Part shown: piece by piece, positions 63,607-64,000 of the stretch | How positions within the stretch are numbered: position 1 is the stretch's first letter | How the letters are laid out: the number at the start of each line of letters is the position of its first letter | Assembly (NCBI GenBank): GCA_045837725.1 | Contig: JBEWZL010000063.1 | Span: 62,001 to 126,000, forward strand | Direction of reading: 5' to 3' | From: Vermamoeba vermiformis | Taxonomy: Eukaryota | DNA length: 64,000 bases | The notes under the pieces: model-generated | Told to the model about the DNA's origin: nothing | Seen by the model: only the letters and a program-made list of their open reading frames with translations | Databases searched by the model: none | Translations under genes and position numbers: made by a program

Positions 63607-64000
63607 TAATTATAAATACGTTGTTGATCTTATATAAATAAATTATTGTTTTAATTTGCTCCGGGTTGGAAGAAAATTGGTCAGGAAATTCGGATCTACA
63701 ACCAATTTTGATCAGAACACCACGCACGATGTCAATGTCAAGGTATATCGGAAAGCTATGTGCTGTATCGTTTGTTTTTGGTGGATTAATGGAGTTTGTA
63801 ATGATCAAGTCTGGCTTCTGTAAGTACTAACGTGCGATCTTGACATCCGTGAAAGCAAAATTAGTGGACAATAATTTTTCCAAAGACAATAATGGTTATA
63901 TCTGACAACTTGCATTAAATTACTGAGTTTTACGGGGTGGTTTCAAATTTTAAAATAATTGAAAATATTAACAAGATCTGTCGCAGATGAACACGCCGTT

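Noticed and set aside
1-64000. Alternative genetic code, selenocysteine readthrough or U12-type introns
   Set aside because: Conserved genes splice into open frames with the standard code; no in-frame TGA at catalytic sites and no RTATCCTT donor at an exon boundary was seen.

Overview
Gene-dense, AT-rich, intron-rich eukaryotic DNA. It uses the standard code, mostly GT-AG introns of about 45-300 nt, and CTAAY-like branch points; gene content fits a protist, possibly amoebozoan (inference). About 25 spliced genes were reconstructed by eye, so exon boundaries are approximate. Conserved genes: GtaA-type glutaminase, E2F, homocysteine S-methyltransferase, PEX10, ATG26-like sterol glucosyltransferase, PTPA, SCAF11/PHRF1-like RING protein, ERGIC3, eIF1A, EDR1-domain TKL kinase, LPCAT, GPAT and two tRNA-Phe(GAA) copies. 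Most notable: (1) a complete spliced lambda-repressor/CUT-like HTH gene nested antisense in a 1.44 kb intron that splits the kinase EDR1 domain; (2) a sterol glucosyltransferase with two C-terminal aegerolysin/ET79-like repeats; (3) a Crinkler-like REase+kinase gene whose effector half is sharply CpG-depleted; (4) an intron-restricted palindrome TGACACGTGTCA (9 perfect copies seen); (5) an MLO protein with a signal peptide and EGF-like ectodomain; (6) five F-box genes, including UBL-UBA-F-box-LRR and F-box/importin-alpha-like fusions; (7) an orphan next to E2F with KEN, D-box and ABBA motifs; (8) a duplicated tRNA cassette at the same distance upstream of two unrelated genes. Family calls are from motif recognition only; no searches were run.
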